NCBI RefSeq assembly: GCF_020745735.1
Contig: NW_026867863.1
Span: 862,504-926,503, forward strand
Direction of reading: 5' to 3'
Source: Hemiscyllium ocellatum
Taxonomy: Eukaryota
DNA length: 64,000 bases
The notes beneath the pieces were generated by a model. The model saw only the letters and a list, made by a program, of their open reading frames with translations. It ran no database searches and was not told the origin of the DNA. Below, piece by piece: positions 1 to 11,354 of this stretch. Each line of letters opens with the position of its first letter. The stretch's first letter is position 1. Both the position numbers and the translations under genes were made by a program.

Positions 1-120
1 CTGTGTTACGATCGAGCACTCCACAATCACCTGATGAAGGAGCGTCGGTCCGAAAGCTAGTGTGCTTCCAATTAAACCTGCTGGACAATAACATGGTGTT
101 GAGTGATTTTTAACTTTGCT
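1..120 (+). mobile_element. Penelope-like element (PLE) terminal/pLTR fragment
   Basis: Hammerhead-type motif (28-62) followed by ttccaattaaacctg-tggac-ataac-tggtgttg-gtgatttttaactttg. The same tail occurs in reverse at ~8350-8400. Boundaries approximate. Confidence 0.6.
28..62 (+). ncRNA. Minimal type I hammerhead ribozyme motif (family A)
   Basis: CAC-CTGATGA-A-GGAGC gtcg GTCC-GAAA-G-CTA-GTG. Stem I is CAC/GTG, the core is intact, stem II has 3 pairs plus a G-G mismatch, stem III is palindromic AGCT, and the triplet is CUA. Confidence 0.65.
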
Positions 121-130
121 TTCCTAGTAT

Positions 131-1680
131 ATGCTTATAGAGTTAAAATCGCCTATCATATCCATCCTATTATTCTTACATATAGCTGAGGTATCCTTAC
201 ACGTTTGTTTCTCAATATCCCTCCATCTATTAGGGGGTCTAGAATACAAAACCAAAGCGCATAATCATCCCTTTCTTAATTCTCAGTTCCACACAAACAA
301 CTTCCCTGGATGTATTTCCGGGAATATCCACCCTCAGCACAGCTGTAATGTTATCCCTTATCAAAAATATCAATCACCCTCCTCCCTTGCCCCCCTTTCT
401 ATTCTTCCTGTAGCATTCGTATCCTGGAACATTAATCTTCCAGTCCTGACCATCCCTGAGCCATGTACCTGTGATTGCTATGATATCCCTGTCCCATGAT
501 CCTAACCATGCACTGATTTCACCTGCCTTCCATGTTAGGCCCCTTGCAATGAAATAAACACTGTTTAATTTATTCGTCCTACTTTGTCCCTGCCTGCTCT
601 GACTGTTTGACTCGCTTCTGTTTTCAATTGCACTAGTGCCAGATTGACCTCTTTCCTCACAATCTCCCTGGGTCACAACACCACCCCTCTCCCTACCTTA
701 CTAGTTTAAATCCTTCCGTTCAGCTCTAGCAAATTTCCCGGTCAGAATATTGGTCCCATCCAATTTAGGTGCAATCCGTCCTTCTTGTCCATATCACTTC
801 TAACCCAAAATAAATTCCAATGATCCAAAATTATGAATCCTTCTCCCATACACCAGCTGCTCAGACTCGCATTCATCTGCTCTATCCTCATATTCCTGCC
901 GTCTGTAGCTCGTAGCATTGGGAATAATCCAGATATTACTACTTTCCAGGACCTCCTTTAATATTTTCTGCCTAACTCTCTGTAATCTCCCTTCATAATC
1001 TCAATCTTTTCCCTTCCTTTGTCCTTGGTTCCAAAGTGGACAATGTCCTCTTGCTGTCCCCTCTCCCCCATGAGAACTTTCTGCACTCTCTTTGAGACAT
1101 CATTGATCCTAGCACCGGGGAAACAACACACCATTCTGCTTTTTCGCTGCTGGTCACAGAAAGGTATCTCTGCACTCGGATTGCAGAATCCCTGAACACA
1201 ATTGATCTCTTTGAAGCCGATATAACCCTCATTGCATTAGACCTAGTCTCAATACCAGAAACTTGGCTGTTCGTCCTATGTTCCCCTGAGATTCCATCAC
1301 CCCCTACATTTTTCAAAACAGCATACCTGATTGAATCGGTACAACCACAAAAGACTCCTGCACTAGGTGCCTACCTATCTTACATTTCCTGGAGTTAACC
1401 CATCTATGTGACAGTATCTGAGACATCGCCCCTTCCTATAACTGCCATCCATGAGATACTGTTGCTTCTAACTGTCTCTCCAACCGATCCATTCGATCTG
1501 GTAAGATTCGCATCAAACAGGACCTATGACAGATATAATCTGCAATAATGCTTAATCTCTCTTTAAACTCCCACATCTGACAAGAAGCACATACCACTCT
1601 ATTAAAGCCAATTTTTACTCCTTCGTAAGTTACAGAGCCAGAAATTAATACAGTCTTATTCCTCGAGAAAACACTGCCCC
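131..1680 (-). mobile_element. CR1-clade LINE, degenerate 5' part (ORF1 plus APE endonuclease N-terminus)
   Basis: ORF 374-676 has APE motifs (YFIARGL..DIIAITGTWL..GYECYRKNRKGGKGGG). ORF 993-1316 resembles the CR1 ORF1 esterase (SIVFRDSAIR). ORF 1436-1696 has CASCQMWE..DRLERQLE. Confidence 0.8.
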
Positions 1681-4645
1681 ACACAAACTTTAGCAATTCA
1701 AGTCAGTTGATGATGATTTGTTTCTCAAGGAAAAGCCTGACACTTCCACGCTTGTCTAGAGATGCAGATAATCACTGGAGGCATTGAAAAGTATTTACAC
1801 GAATTGCGAATGGTTTCTTTCTGTGTAGTTTGGCTTCTTTTTCTCTGAACAAACAGTGTTACTTCTTAATCATATTGTGGGAATGAAGATTGCCTCATTT
1901 TTTAAAGCAGAAATCACACATTATACTTCCCTGGAATAAAGAAATATAATCTAAACTTAATGGAATATGGTGATTGGGATGTTTAAATTGTAAGTTATCA
2001 GAGATTTAAAGCTTATTTTCACGACCAATTAATTCCAGCCTCAATGGGTCACTTTAACTTCTCACAGAAATGTCTTTAAACAACGGTTTATCCCTTTGTT
2101 AAGGAAAGTAAAATCATTGAACTATGGATAGGTTTTACTTGCTAGTCAAAGATGGAAAAGAGTTTTAGCCAAAGAGAGGCCTGAGAAAATAGTGCGCGGA
2201 TGCACCCTGATCTAAGTAATGGGGGAACAGCTCGAGGGGCTGAGTGCCCTCCTCCTGCACTTTCCTATAATTGTGTCCTTCATTAGGCTAGCACTGACAC
2301 TGAACAATTTTTATTAAAATATTTTAACAAATTAATTGTTTCACAAATTCTTAAAACATCTTTGATTATTTGGAACGCGAGCATTGACGTTCTATGTTTG
2401 AGTGATCAAAACAACTCCCACCCAATTACAGCAGTCACTGCAATCTGGAGTGTGTTGTTACTTCACGAAACAGTTTCTTGTGAAAATACAGCTTGAAATC
2501 AGGGTTCTCACATTCAATGATTTTCTGATATTAAATATCTCTGAACATTCTCAATTTCTTCAAACGCATCTTCTCTCTGTACAGCTTGTTTAATCGAACA
2601 GAACTTCTTTTTAATGAAACAACAAACTTTGATTGCTAGCAAACCAAAATAAAGACAGAAGTTTCTGAAGATTCTCAGTAGGTCTCGTGGCGGCTCTGGA
2701 GAGAAAGTAAGGTTGACATTGCGCGTTCCGAGATCCCCCTTCAAAAAATTGTTTTCATGTTTTTGGCACCTGTTGAATTAGACAGCGATTACGTTTGCTT
2801 GACTGCTGTTGCAAAAAGATTCTTAGCAAAGGTACTGGAATGCGTAAGATAGCAACTGATGACTAGTTGAAAGGCTATCACCATCTGCTGGAAGTGTTGG
2901 ATTCAGCGGAACCCCCACTGCACTGAACAGTCAAATTCAACCACAGCACTGGTTAAATATAAAATAAAACAACCTAGGCATGATCTCAACAAAAATGCTT
3001 CAAAGCAATTCATTCTGGAATAGTTATACATGTTATTGTTAGAATGGTAATTTAAAAGCTGGGATTTATTTGAGGGGTTATTCCATTAACCCCAGCTAGT
3101 GATGTCCAAAAGCTTGTGAACAAAAATGGACTTGGAAAGAGCTGCTAACCGCCAAAGTTGTTTAATATCTAAGAGACACAAATCAGGATTGCGATTGAAT
3201 AGATTTCAACGGCCTCTGTGAATGGAATTCCAAAAAAACTCCCAAACGACTCGATCTGGTTTTTTGCCCCGAATGAAACTGATTAGAGATGATGTTACAT
3301 ACGTCTCTAACAGGTTGTAAGTGAACACAGGCCACGTGGCATGGAGTCAGGGTCACTACTACAATATCACAGCAGACCTGAACACAATGAGCTCGACACT
3401 ATATCGGAGAGCACAGCCCACCTGTTTTACAGTGCATAAACCATGTTAATTATTAACACATTCCAACAAATAAGGATTGTTCCAGAATGTTTATGCAATG
3501 AAATTAACATTGCAACAATTTTCCAGGAATACTTTGACTGTAAGTCTGAATTGTCCAAAGTCTGTGGGAACTACAGAGGAATAAAACTATGAATTGCACT
3601 GCCATAAATTCACTGTCACTGGACTTCAACGTTGAACTCCCTTCCTCTTACTCATTAATGTTGATGCACCAGATGGTCTACTTAGTTAGAAATAGATTAA
3701 AACATTTTGAACTGTATTATGACATTTTCCAGTGACATTAAAAGCTGGCAAAATGTTTTCAAATAATACAATGCAAATTAATTTCTGATCCTACATTGTG
3801 TCACTAAACACGTCCCGGACAATCGAGGCACAACGAAAATAAGCAGCATATTTTCCTCTGCCTCGCTCAATTATATATCCCTTGTTGCCAACAACCAATT
3901 GAAACACTCTTGCAATCTGCCTTTTGTTACTGATGTGTTCGTTCTGATACTAAAACATGACCAGGGCTCTCAATTCAGAGGCACCTAATCAAATATTCTA
4001 TTTCTGGCAGATAAGCATGGTTTTGAAATGGGATATGAAATTGAACTGTCGGAGATTCAGGTATTGGAACCGGACAACTTACAAATGGTCAGGATCAGTT
4101 GACAAGTTAGTCGGAGATAGCACCGAAACATATTGTACAACAATCTTGGTCTTTCCAATATATCTGCTCAATTCCTCAGGTCCAATATGTTCACTGTAAT
4201 TGAACATTCATCGTAGGAATGAAAAAGATAATACCCATTAATGTGAACGAGAATGGGTTCACAATGAACATAGATAATCACCGATTTAATCAACTAAATA
4301 AGTCATTGTAATTAACAACATTATTGATGTAGGACATATTGCAAATTTATGCACAGGTGCAAAGGAAATGGATTCTTCTTTAAATTATTTTTACGTATTC
4401 TGAAAACATTTCTTGTACTCGAAGATTTTACATATTCTGGACAAAGCCAATACTCCATTCCAGTGTGGCAATGCGTTTCTGTTGAAACAAATAGGGCAAG
4501 TATTTACTATCAGGTTTTCTTTACAATGGGTGGGTCAGTTTCTTGTTAGCTGTTTTGCAACATACGAAAATGTTTTAAAAAGGTATAAATTGAAAGCTTG
4601 CTTCTGTCTGGAGTTGCCCACTTTAAATGAGGTCTAAGTAAATAT

Positions 4646-4960
4646 GGGCGGCGTGGTGGTTTCGTGATGAGCACTGTTGACTTTCAGATTCAGATTCCCG
4701 TGCTTGGTTCCAGCCTCAGGTGACTGTCTGTGTGGAGTTTACACATTCTCACCTGTGTCTGCATGGGCTTCCTCCCACAATCGAAAGATGTGCTGGCCAA
4801 GTGAATTGGTAATGCTGAATCATCCATAGTGTTAGGTGCATTGATCTGGGGTGTATATAGGGTAGGGTAATATGTCTGTGTGGGTTAGTCTTCAGAGAAT
4901 CGGTGTGTAATTTAAGGGACAATGACCCGTTTCCATAGTGTAGGAAATCGAATCTAAATG
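4646..4960 (+). mobile_element. HE1-type tRNA-derived SINE
   Basis: gggcggcgtggtgg head, then ggtgactgtctgtgtggagtttacacattctc, gtgaattgg and an aatcgaatct tail. Positional paralog of 31125-31435. Confidence 0.85.
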
Positions 4961-5164
4961 ATCGCCACACTTAACTAATGCTAAGTACATTGCAAAAATT
5001 GGTCAAGTACATTAATTAAAAAACCCTCTATTTTCAGTCTGAATACACAACGTGCTCTGATATCCTCTCGTTCATGTCTTCTGCAAATTTATGAACTCTG
5101 CATATGTCTGAACACGTCGACGCAGACTACGTTCTCTGCATTCGCAACAAGCATTCCTACTGTT

Positions 5165-5543
5165 TTACAGTAGATTTCCAACAGTATGGAAAAAGGCCAC
5201 TGTACTCAACAATTCCACACCGACCCTCCGAACAGTAAGTAACACATTCCACCTACGCTATATTTACTCCTGTCTAATGCACTATAACCTACACATCCCT
5301 GAATTCAATGTTTAATTTAGCACAGCCAATTCACCTAGCCTGAACACCTTAGTGACTTTGGGTGGCGGGGGGTGGGGGGGGGGGTTTGTGGCGGGGGTCG
5401 GGGGGCGAGGTAACTGGAGCACACAGAAGAATCCCGGACATGGGGAGAATGTGCAAATTTTACACAGGTAGTCACCCGAGAATGGAATCGAAATGCGGTC
5501 CGTGGTGCTGTGCAATGCTCACCACTGAGCCAGCATGCCGCCC
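5165..5543 (-). mobile_element. HE1-type SINE with internal G-rich expansion
   Basis: Ends in ccactgagccagcatgccgccc (reverse SINE head), with a G-run tract at 5361-5410. Paralog of the split SINE at 29111-30860. Confidence 0.85.
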
Positions 5544-7284
5544 TATGAGTTAATGCGTGAATTATTTTAACTAATTAAAAATTTGGCCTTGATCACATAA
5601 TTCCACATAGCAGTTGTTTCCGAAAGAATGACTTCAATTGAAATTTTGTTGTAAAATGTAACTATTCATTTAAAACGCATGGATTGGGAACACCTAAAGC
5701 ACTGTGCAGATTAAATCATTCAGTCACTGTTTTATGTTTTTCCTGCAATTCCAGTTTAATCAGCGACATAAAAATTAATTGACTCGTTTTACTTGTGCAA
5801 CTGATCAAAGCAGTGAAACTGGTCTGTTCTTCATCGAATTGGGCAGAATTTCCAAATGGTCTTTGCCAATGATCTTTTCCAACCAGAAAACTGTGTGTAG
5901 TGTACAGCGGAATTGAAAAGTGATTCTTGACTAATTACAACATAGTCATGGCATCTTTGCTCAAGAGCAAGAACTATTAGAACAACATACTTTTGAAATT
6001 TTATTTACATTTCTCTATGACTTCCAAATGTTTGGAAGACAGAACTTGTGATTCAACTGGATAGTTGAGTTTTGACTTTGGATTGTAAATAGTGGACTAG
6101 ATTAATCCTTAGTTATTACTTCTCATTACATTTAAGTCATCATTGTTCATGGAATAGTGCAGGTTAGATGGGCTTCAGATTGGTGTGATAATCCGGTGCA
6201 ACATCGAGGGCCGAAGGGCCTGAACTGTGCCGTAACTTTCTATGTTCTCACTAAAACTCGCACCCTAAGGTATCGTTTTTTCCTTCATTTCCAAAAACAT
6301 TGCGATTTGCCTTTCACGTAATACTAGGCTTTATGAAGATTCAACTGGCATGCTGATTGCATCGAATGAGATAACTGGAGCAGTTCACTGACACCAACCA
6401 TGTTAACAGTGCAATAACAATGTAGAAACCAGAAACAGTTTCCCAAATGTAACAAAATTAATGTTACAGTCCCTACCCCTCATTAGAGCAAAGATCAACA
6501 AATGACAACACTGAGGAAACCGATGGGATTGCAGCAGAACGGGCTCTGCAAACATTTCCAACCAAAAACATGATGTTACCTCACAAAAAAAAGAAATCAA
6601 AACAAAGTTGTACAGATTCCAGGCAGAGAATGATCAAATTGAATAGAAATACCAAATAATAACAGCAGCCTTGTTTGTGAGGTGATTTACTTAATACTTT
6701 AAGCTGTAAAGCTTTCGGAAACAGTTCAATTTATTTCCAATCTGTACACCTTTTGCGGTCATGCCATTCTTGTGTTGTGCACAGTACAGCAGTTGAAGTC
6801 ATATAATGATTAATCAGATTGAGATCAAAATAAAGTTAGTTCAATAGGCAAACATTATGACATTATTATTTTAAATTATAGCAAGTTCATTTCAATAACG
6901 TAACCTGATCAATTCTGCAGTTTCAGATTTTAATCCCAAATTTTACTTTGAAAGATGTAACTCGAAACAAACTTGACTTAGTTTACAATTAGAGCTGAGG
7001 TTTTTTTTTAAAAAAATAATGCACTAAAATACTTTTTTCTCATTTCTTTCACTTCCGTGTTTCTGCCTTAAATTCGTTTTCAGACAGTTACAAACAGACG
7101 TAATGTTTTCAATCAAGCAGCAAAAAAAATGCCAGATGAATTTAATAAATGTAGCAACGGTTCAGCAAAAACAAAGAACCTCACAAAAATTCGTAATTAA
7201 AGTAATCCAGAGAGACCATCTCCTCACCAGAAAGAAAACACGAATTACTGAAAGTATGAAAACGCAGATCAATTTCACAAAATG

Positions 7285-7500
7285 AATAAGAATCCAATCA
7301 ACTCACTGCAACTGAATCATAAAATAAACTCATAATAAAATCAACTGAAAACAACAGATTTAAATGAAAGATAATCAGAATCCAACCAACTCAATTCAAC
7401 TGAATCTTATAAAACAATTTAAAAAAGGTAATCAGTGTGATTCAACAAAACCAAGTAAAAACAAAGTCGGAATCCAAGTCAACTCAATTCAACAGAATCA
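7285..7500 (-). repeat. Degenerate ~29-nt repeat 3' of the minus-strand JH
   Basis: gaatccaa(t/c)caactca(c/a)t(g/t)caac(t/a)gaatc units near 7290, 7378 and 7470. Mirror of 27245-27540. Confidence 0.7.
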
Positions 7501-8038
7501 AACAAGAAAAATCAGAATCTAATCCACAGAAGGAAACATAGTATCCCAAAAAAATACATTTTATAACCAGCTTGTCATCAACAAAACTTACAAAATAAAG
7601 GAGAAAATATAATCATGGTAAGAACATTATGTATACAGAAAATATATTCAAGAAATGAATAATGATATTTTCGCATATTTTAATCATGTTTGTTAATATT
7701 TCAAAAATCTTTTAATTCTGAGCATTTACTGTCGATAATAAAACTCACAATTAGAGTGTCACTGACATTAAACATTATTTATACCTGACCGATGAAGCCA
7801 AATTAGGTGTTTCTCACAGAATGACCACCTGATTAAAAAAAAGATACACCGAGCAACTGACTCCGTCATCATCATTTTAACTATTTGCTGAACCTTAACT
7901 GAAGTCTATAATCAGCCTGAAAAAAATCAATCCGAACCAAATCACCTCAGCACAGAATGTGAGTTTCACTTAATTCAGAAATTAGTCACACGAATAGAGA
8001 GTTTTAAAAAAGTCTCTAAGAAAGTTCAAAGTTCTTAC

Positions 8039-8084
8039 CTGAAGTCACTGTTACCATGATCCCTTCGCCCCAGTAATCAAGTTA
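8039..8084 (-). pseudogene. IGHJ: IgH JH segment, minus cluster: (TAA)LDYWGEGIMVTVTS with GT donor
   Basis: The reverse complement reads TAA CTT GAT TAC TGG GGC GAA GGG ATC ATG GTA ACA GTG ACT TCA G|gtaag. It has a WGxG motif and an in-frame TAA at the 5' edge. Confidence 0.9.
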
Positions 8085-8122
8085 GCCAGTGTTACAGTCT
8101 CTGGACTGCTCACACCATAACT
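8085..8122 (-). promoter_or_regulatory. Damaged JH recombination signal (22/23-spacer class)
   Basis: Nonamer-like AGTTATGGT, a 22-nt spacer and CACTGGC instead of CACTGTG. The coding-proximal GTG is lost. Confidence 0.7.
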
Positions 8123-8349
8123 AGATCTGCATTAAAAAAAAACAAAAATCAACCATTATTTTAAATTTTCGGACCCACGGGCAAAATAAAGTCACGATAT
8201 ATCTTAATCACATAATTGTGCTAGTGGATTCTGATCATTTTGACAAATTTTAATGTTGTTTTATACTTCACAGTGTAACATATGAGCTGATTCTGAAAAT
8301 CACCAAATGGCGTATCAATACTTAGCAGCACTTATACAAATTAAACAAA

Positions 8350-8465
8350 GCTAAAAATCACACACCACAAGGTCATAGTCCAACAGGTTTAATTGGAAGC
8401 ACACCTTTGTACCTTTTTTTTAACCTTTGTACACCCCAGTCCAACACAGGCATCTCCAACTCATG
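8350..8465 (-). mobile_element. PLE terminal fragment inserted in the D-J interval of the minus cluster
   Basis: aaaaatcacacaccacaaggtcatagtccaacaggtttaattggaagcac is the reverse of the tail at 60-120. It is absent from the paralogous + interval near 26460-26480. Confidence 0.65.
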
Positions 8466-8580
8466 ACAAATAAAACAGTGATACTTTCATAAAACCCCTC
8501 AGAACTAATACTGCACTGTAAGTTAAGACGATTTGTACAAGTAACCATTTAATAAATGCAGAAATAATGGAGGCTGAATA

Positions 8581-8608
8581 CGGTTCTGCATTGATCATAA
8601 ATGCCGTG
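8581..8608 (-). promoter_or_regulatory. Degenerate 12-RSS directly after the minus V/D remnant
   Basis: The reverse complement reads CACGGCA, tttatgatcaat (12 nt), GCAGAACCG. It aligns to the + copy CACTGCA-attatgatcgat-ACAAAAACC. Confidence 0.75.
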
Positions 8609-8892
8609 TACCAACTGCACAGTCTTAAGGTTAATCATGTCCAACGCAAAAATGTTGTTTGAACTGCCTATGGAAGCAGTAAATCGTCCTTCAATCGTTG
8701 GTGCACAGTTATTGTTGGATGAAGTTTGGTACCAAAGCAGCCACTCCAGGCCCTGCTCGGGAACTTGTCGGACCGAGTGCAGGTAGCAGCTGCAAAGATT
8801 GAATTTGCTGGTTTTACAGGTCAGTCTCAGGGTGCCTCTGGAAAGGCCAATCCCTGCCTCTGGATGAGTCAAAATAACCTTTTACTGGACAT
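8609..8892 (-). pseudogene. IGHV: IgM-type VH exon pseudogene fused to a D-like remnant
   Basis: ORF 8549-8872 reads [29 protein letters not shown]. There is a TAA at 8882-8884 (for TCA), the FR2 Trp is Ser, and the DTAIYYC segment is deleted. It ends in CAGTTGGTA before the 12-RSS. Confidence 0.92.
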
Positions 8893-9020
8893 CTTTAAAA
8901 AAGAAAATAAATAAACCTTGAGCATGAACGCTGATGAAATGATGGCTGAGTCGTTGACATTCCTGCAGTAGACTGATATTGAGACAGTCACAAAGAGAGA
9001 CTCGAACAAAAAATACTGAC

Positions 9021-9069
9021 ATGTTAAGACAGTCAGTAACAAGCTTAGAAAAATTGTCGACCTAATCGT
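9021..9069 (-). pseudogene. IGHV: VH leader exon with start codon mutated to ACG
   Basis: The reverse complement reads ACG ATT AGG TCG ACA ATT TTT CTA AGC TTG TTA CTG ACT GTC TTA ACA T|gtcagt. It is 49 nt, the same as the + leader. Confidence 0.9.
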
Positions 9070-9149
9070 TGTGATAACTTGTGGAAAACGGTTCTGTCAA
9101 GGTCTTTCTAAACAAAGCCGATCCAGGAGTGTTGAATTATGGTCCAGTG

Positions 9150-9280
9150 CCCAGGATTAATATGACCATCAGAAGGCTCAGGCTTACAGTTTCCACCTAT
9201 TGGTTTCCTGCTGGATGCTGAGACCGGATCCTGGTATCAGCTTGCACAGCCCGAAGAGATGGACTCATGTATTTACATGA
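9150..9280 (-). promoter_or_regulatory. Putative VH promoter (minus cluster)
   Basis: ATGTAAAT at 9271-9278 (minus strand) and an AT-rich CATATTAAT near 9155-9165. Positions match the + promoter. Confidence 0.45.
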
Positions 9281-11061
9281 GGATATGCATTAACATGGAG
9301 ATATACACATCTTGGGATATTTGTTTTGCTGAATAGCTTCTTTAGACGTTTTTTTTAAATGGTGGAAGTAAATTTGAGTAGCTTCCGGTCTGCTTCAGAT
9401 ATAGTCGCAAGTATTTTGTTTCAAAAAAACAAAACGAATTAAATTGAAATTTAGCTCCCTTTATTTCAGCGTTCATCCACAAGCAGATAAAACTAAAACT
9501 AAAGTTCAAAGATGTTGCTAGCTAATTAAATAGTTGAGTCTTTTTTCCTCTGGACACTGAAATTCTATGTTGCACTACAAAATAGCATGTAATTCATGCG
9601 AAACATTTCGAAATTCACTTTAGGCAATTGAATACAGAGCGTGTCCAAAGTGATTATATTTACAATATTCAATTAGAAGTTAATTCCCTTTAATTCTGCA
9701 TTCAACCACAAGCAGATAAAACTAAAAAGAACTTCAATAATACTATTAGCCAACAAAGTAGTGACTTTATTTTTGCTGTCCCTCAAAGTCTCTCTGACAT
9801 TACAAATTAATATTTCATTACAAATCAGCGTTTCTAAATTCAATGTAGGCAACATAATATGGAGCATGTCTGAAGTGATTATGTTGAGAATGTGAGTACA
9901 TGTCACGAAACAGTTTGGACCCCGAGATTAGAAGTACCTCCTTACATTGCAGAATGTCTCTCCTTGCATCTTTTCTTTCTAATTGCTCCGACCCTAAAAT
10001 GCATCATAAAGGAAAGCTGTGTGCCTGAGAACCAAAAAATGATTTGGCAGTGATACCAAACACCCAGGTAACCTTTTGACAGAGCATCTAATGAACTGGA
10101 ACAGGCCAGTCCATGAGTTAAAAGTAAATCATCAACATGTAAACCATTGTAGGTAACTGTCTTGTACGTCAGGAGTGTTTGGTTAATTTAGATAGTATTA
10201 CAATAATTATTACCATGAATGTAGGTTATAAACAGTACATTAATCTGTTCACTGGAGGCTCTGACATGGGCAGTTAACTCGTAAATATCAGCAATAACTC
10301 GCCGTTACACTACATTAGTATTAACCATGTATAACGGGTCCTTCTAGTTTTAAAGAGATGCATGAATCAGAGGATGGTGCAACGAGCGATGTGAGTTTTA
10401 ACCAATTCAAGTGTGTTAATTTACTTTGAGATGATAATAAATGATACTGCAATGTGCGATATGGGATTCATTAACTTCATATTCAGGAGCTTTTAAGATA
10501 CTCAATAAACAGGCTGAACTAACCAGAACGTCATTGCATTCAATTTCCTGTTTTCTGGCAGTCTTACATTGAATGCTGTATTCAGTGACTTTCCTTTTTA
10601 AAGAAGAAATGCTACATGAAATTTGTCCATTGGGAGTAAACGGGCAAATATAATTTGTTCGGTAGAATTTTATCTTGGTTGATTCATTTTCCCTTTAATC
10701 AGCCAGATACAACGGTTGGCAGCAATTAAGCTGACTGCAGAAAAGGTCCTAGAGTTCCCAGGTTTATTTCCAGGAAGCATCTGAGTTTTTGCAGTGGATC
10801 AAAGATATTTTTGTCTCACTATTGACCAGTTGGTGGAAAGCCAACTGCGAGCCATAACCACTGCCTTCGCAGAAACAAATCTACACAGCAACAATGCTGG
10901 AGAAAATTGTCTTTTTCAATTTTGTACCTTGGAGAACTCGTCCCACCTCTCATTGAATGAAATATTCGCAGAGTATCGGACACAATCTAAACATCATCAG
11001 GTCATTCGAGGATCACTACAGCACTATTTAATATTGAGAAAATCGTTAAATCGTCTCAGAG

Positions 11062-11300
11062 TCATGGAGTGATACAGCATGGAAACAGACACTTCGGTCT
11101 AACCAGTCCATATCAGTGATAATCCCAAACTAACTGATCCCACCTGTGTGTTCTTGGGACATATTCTTCCAAACATTTGTTACAGGTTTATTTATCCAAA
11201 CGTCTTCTAACAATTTTAACAATACCCATCACCAAATCATCCCACATACAAACCATTCACTGTGAAAAAAGTTGTGTCCGTTATCTTTTTAAAAGTTTTT
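11062..11300 (-). mobile_element. CR1 3'-end / SINE-tail fragment
   Basis: gtcatggagtgatacagcatggaaacagac..ccagtccat is a typical CR1 3' tail. A paralog at ~23640-23880 shows it predates the duplication. Confidence 0.6.
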
Positions 11301-11354
11301 CTCCTCTTATTGTAAAAACATGCCCCCTACTGTTGAAATCCCCCACCATACGGA

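Noticed and set aside
3771-3778. Canonical octamer ATGCAAAT in the minus J-C intron as an intronic enhancer
   Set aside because: It is not preserved exactly in the better-conserved + arm (attttgcat near 32264), and an 8-mer is expected by chance in AT-rich 64 kb.
3957-4199. ORF conserved with 31779-32198 (SEAPNQI..KWSGxVDKLVGD) as a hidden gene
   Set aside because: Similarity is explained by the segmental duplication. Manual codon comparison gave about 20 replaced versus about 8 silent codons, roughly neutral. It is antisense in an intron with no recognisable domain.
4646-4720. tRNA genes at SINE heads (also 5470-5543, 23515-23588, 29111-29180, 37600-37672)
   Set aside because: These have A/B-box-like heads but continue into the SINE body and CR1-like tail. 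No intact cloverleaf was seen.
5361-5410. G-quadruplex-like tract as a switch-type element
   Set aside because: It is a private G-run expansion inside one SINE copy and is absent from the paralogous SINE.
8269-8275. Perfect heptamer CACAGTG in the minus D-J interval as an extra D RSS
   Set aside because: There is no nonamer at 12 or 23 nt, and the + paralog is not a heptamer match. The same applies to CACAGTG near 19676 and 20917.
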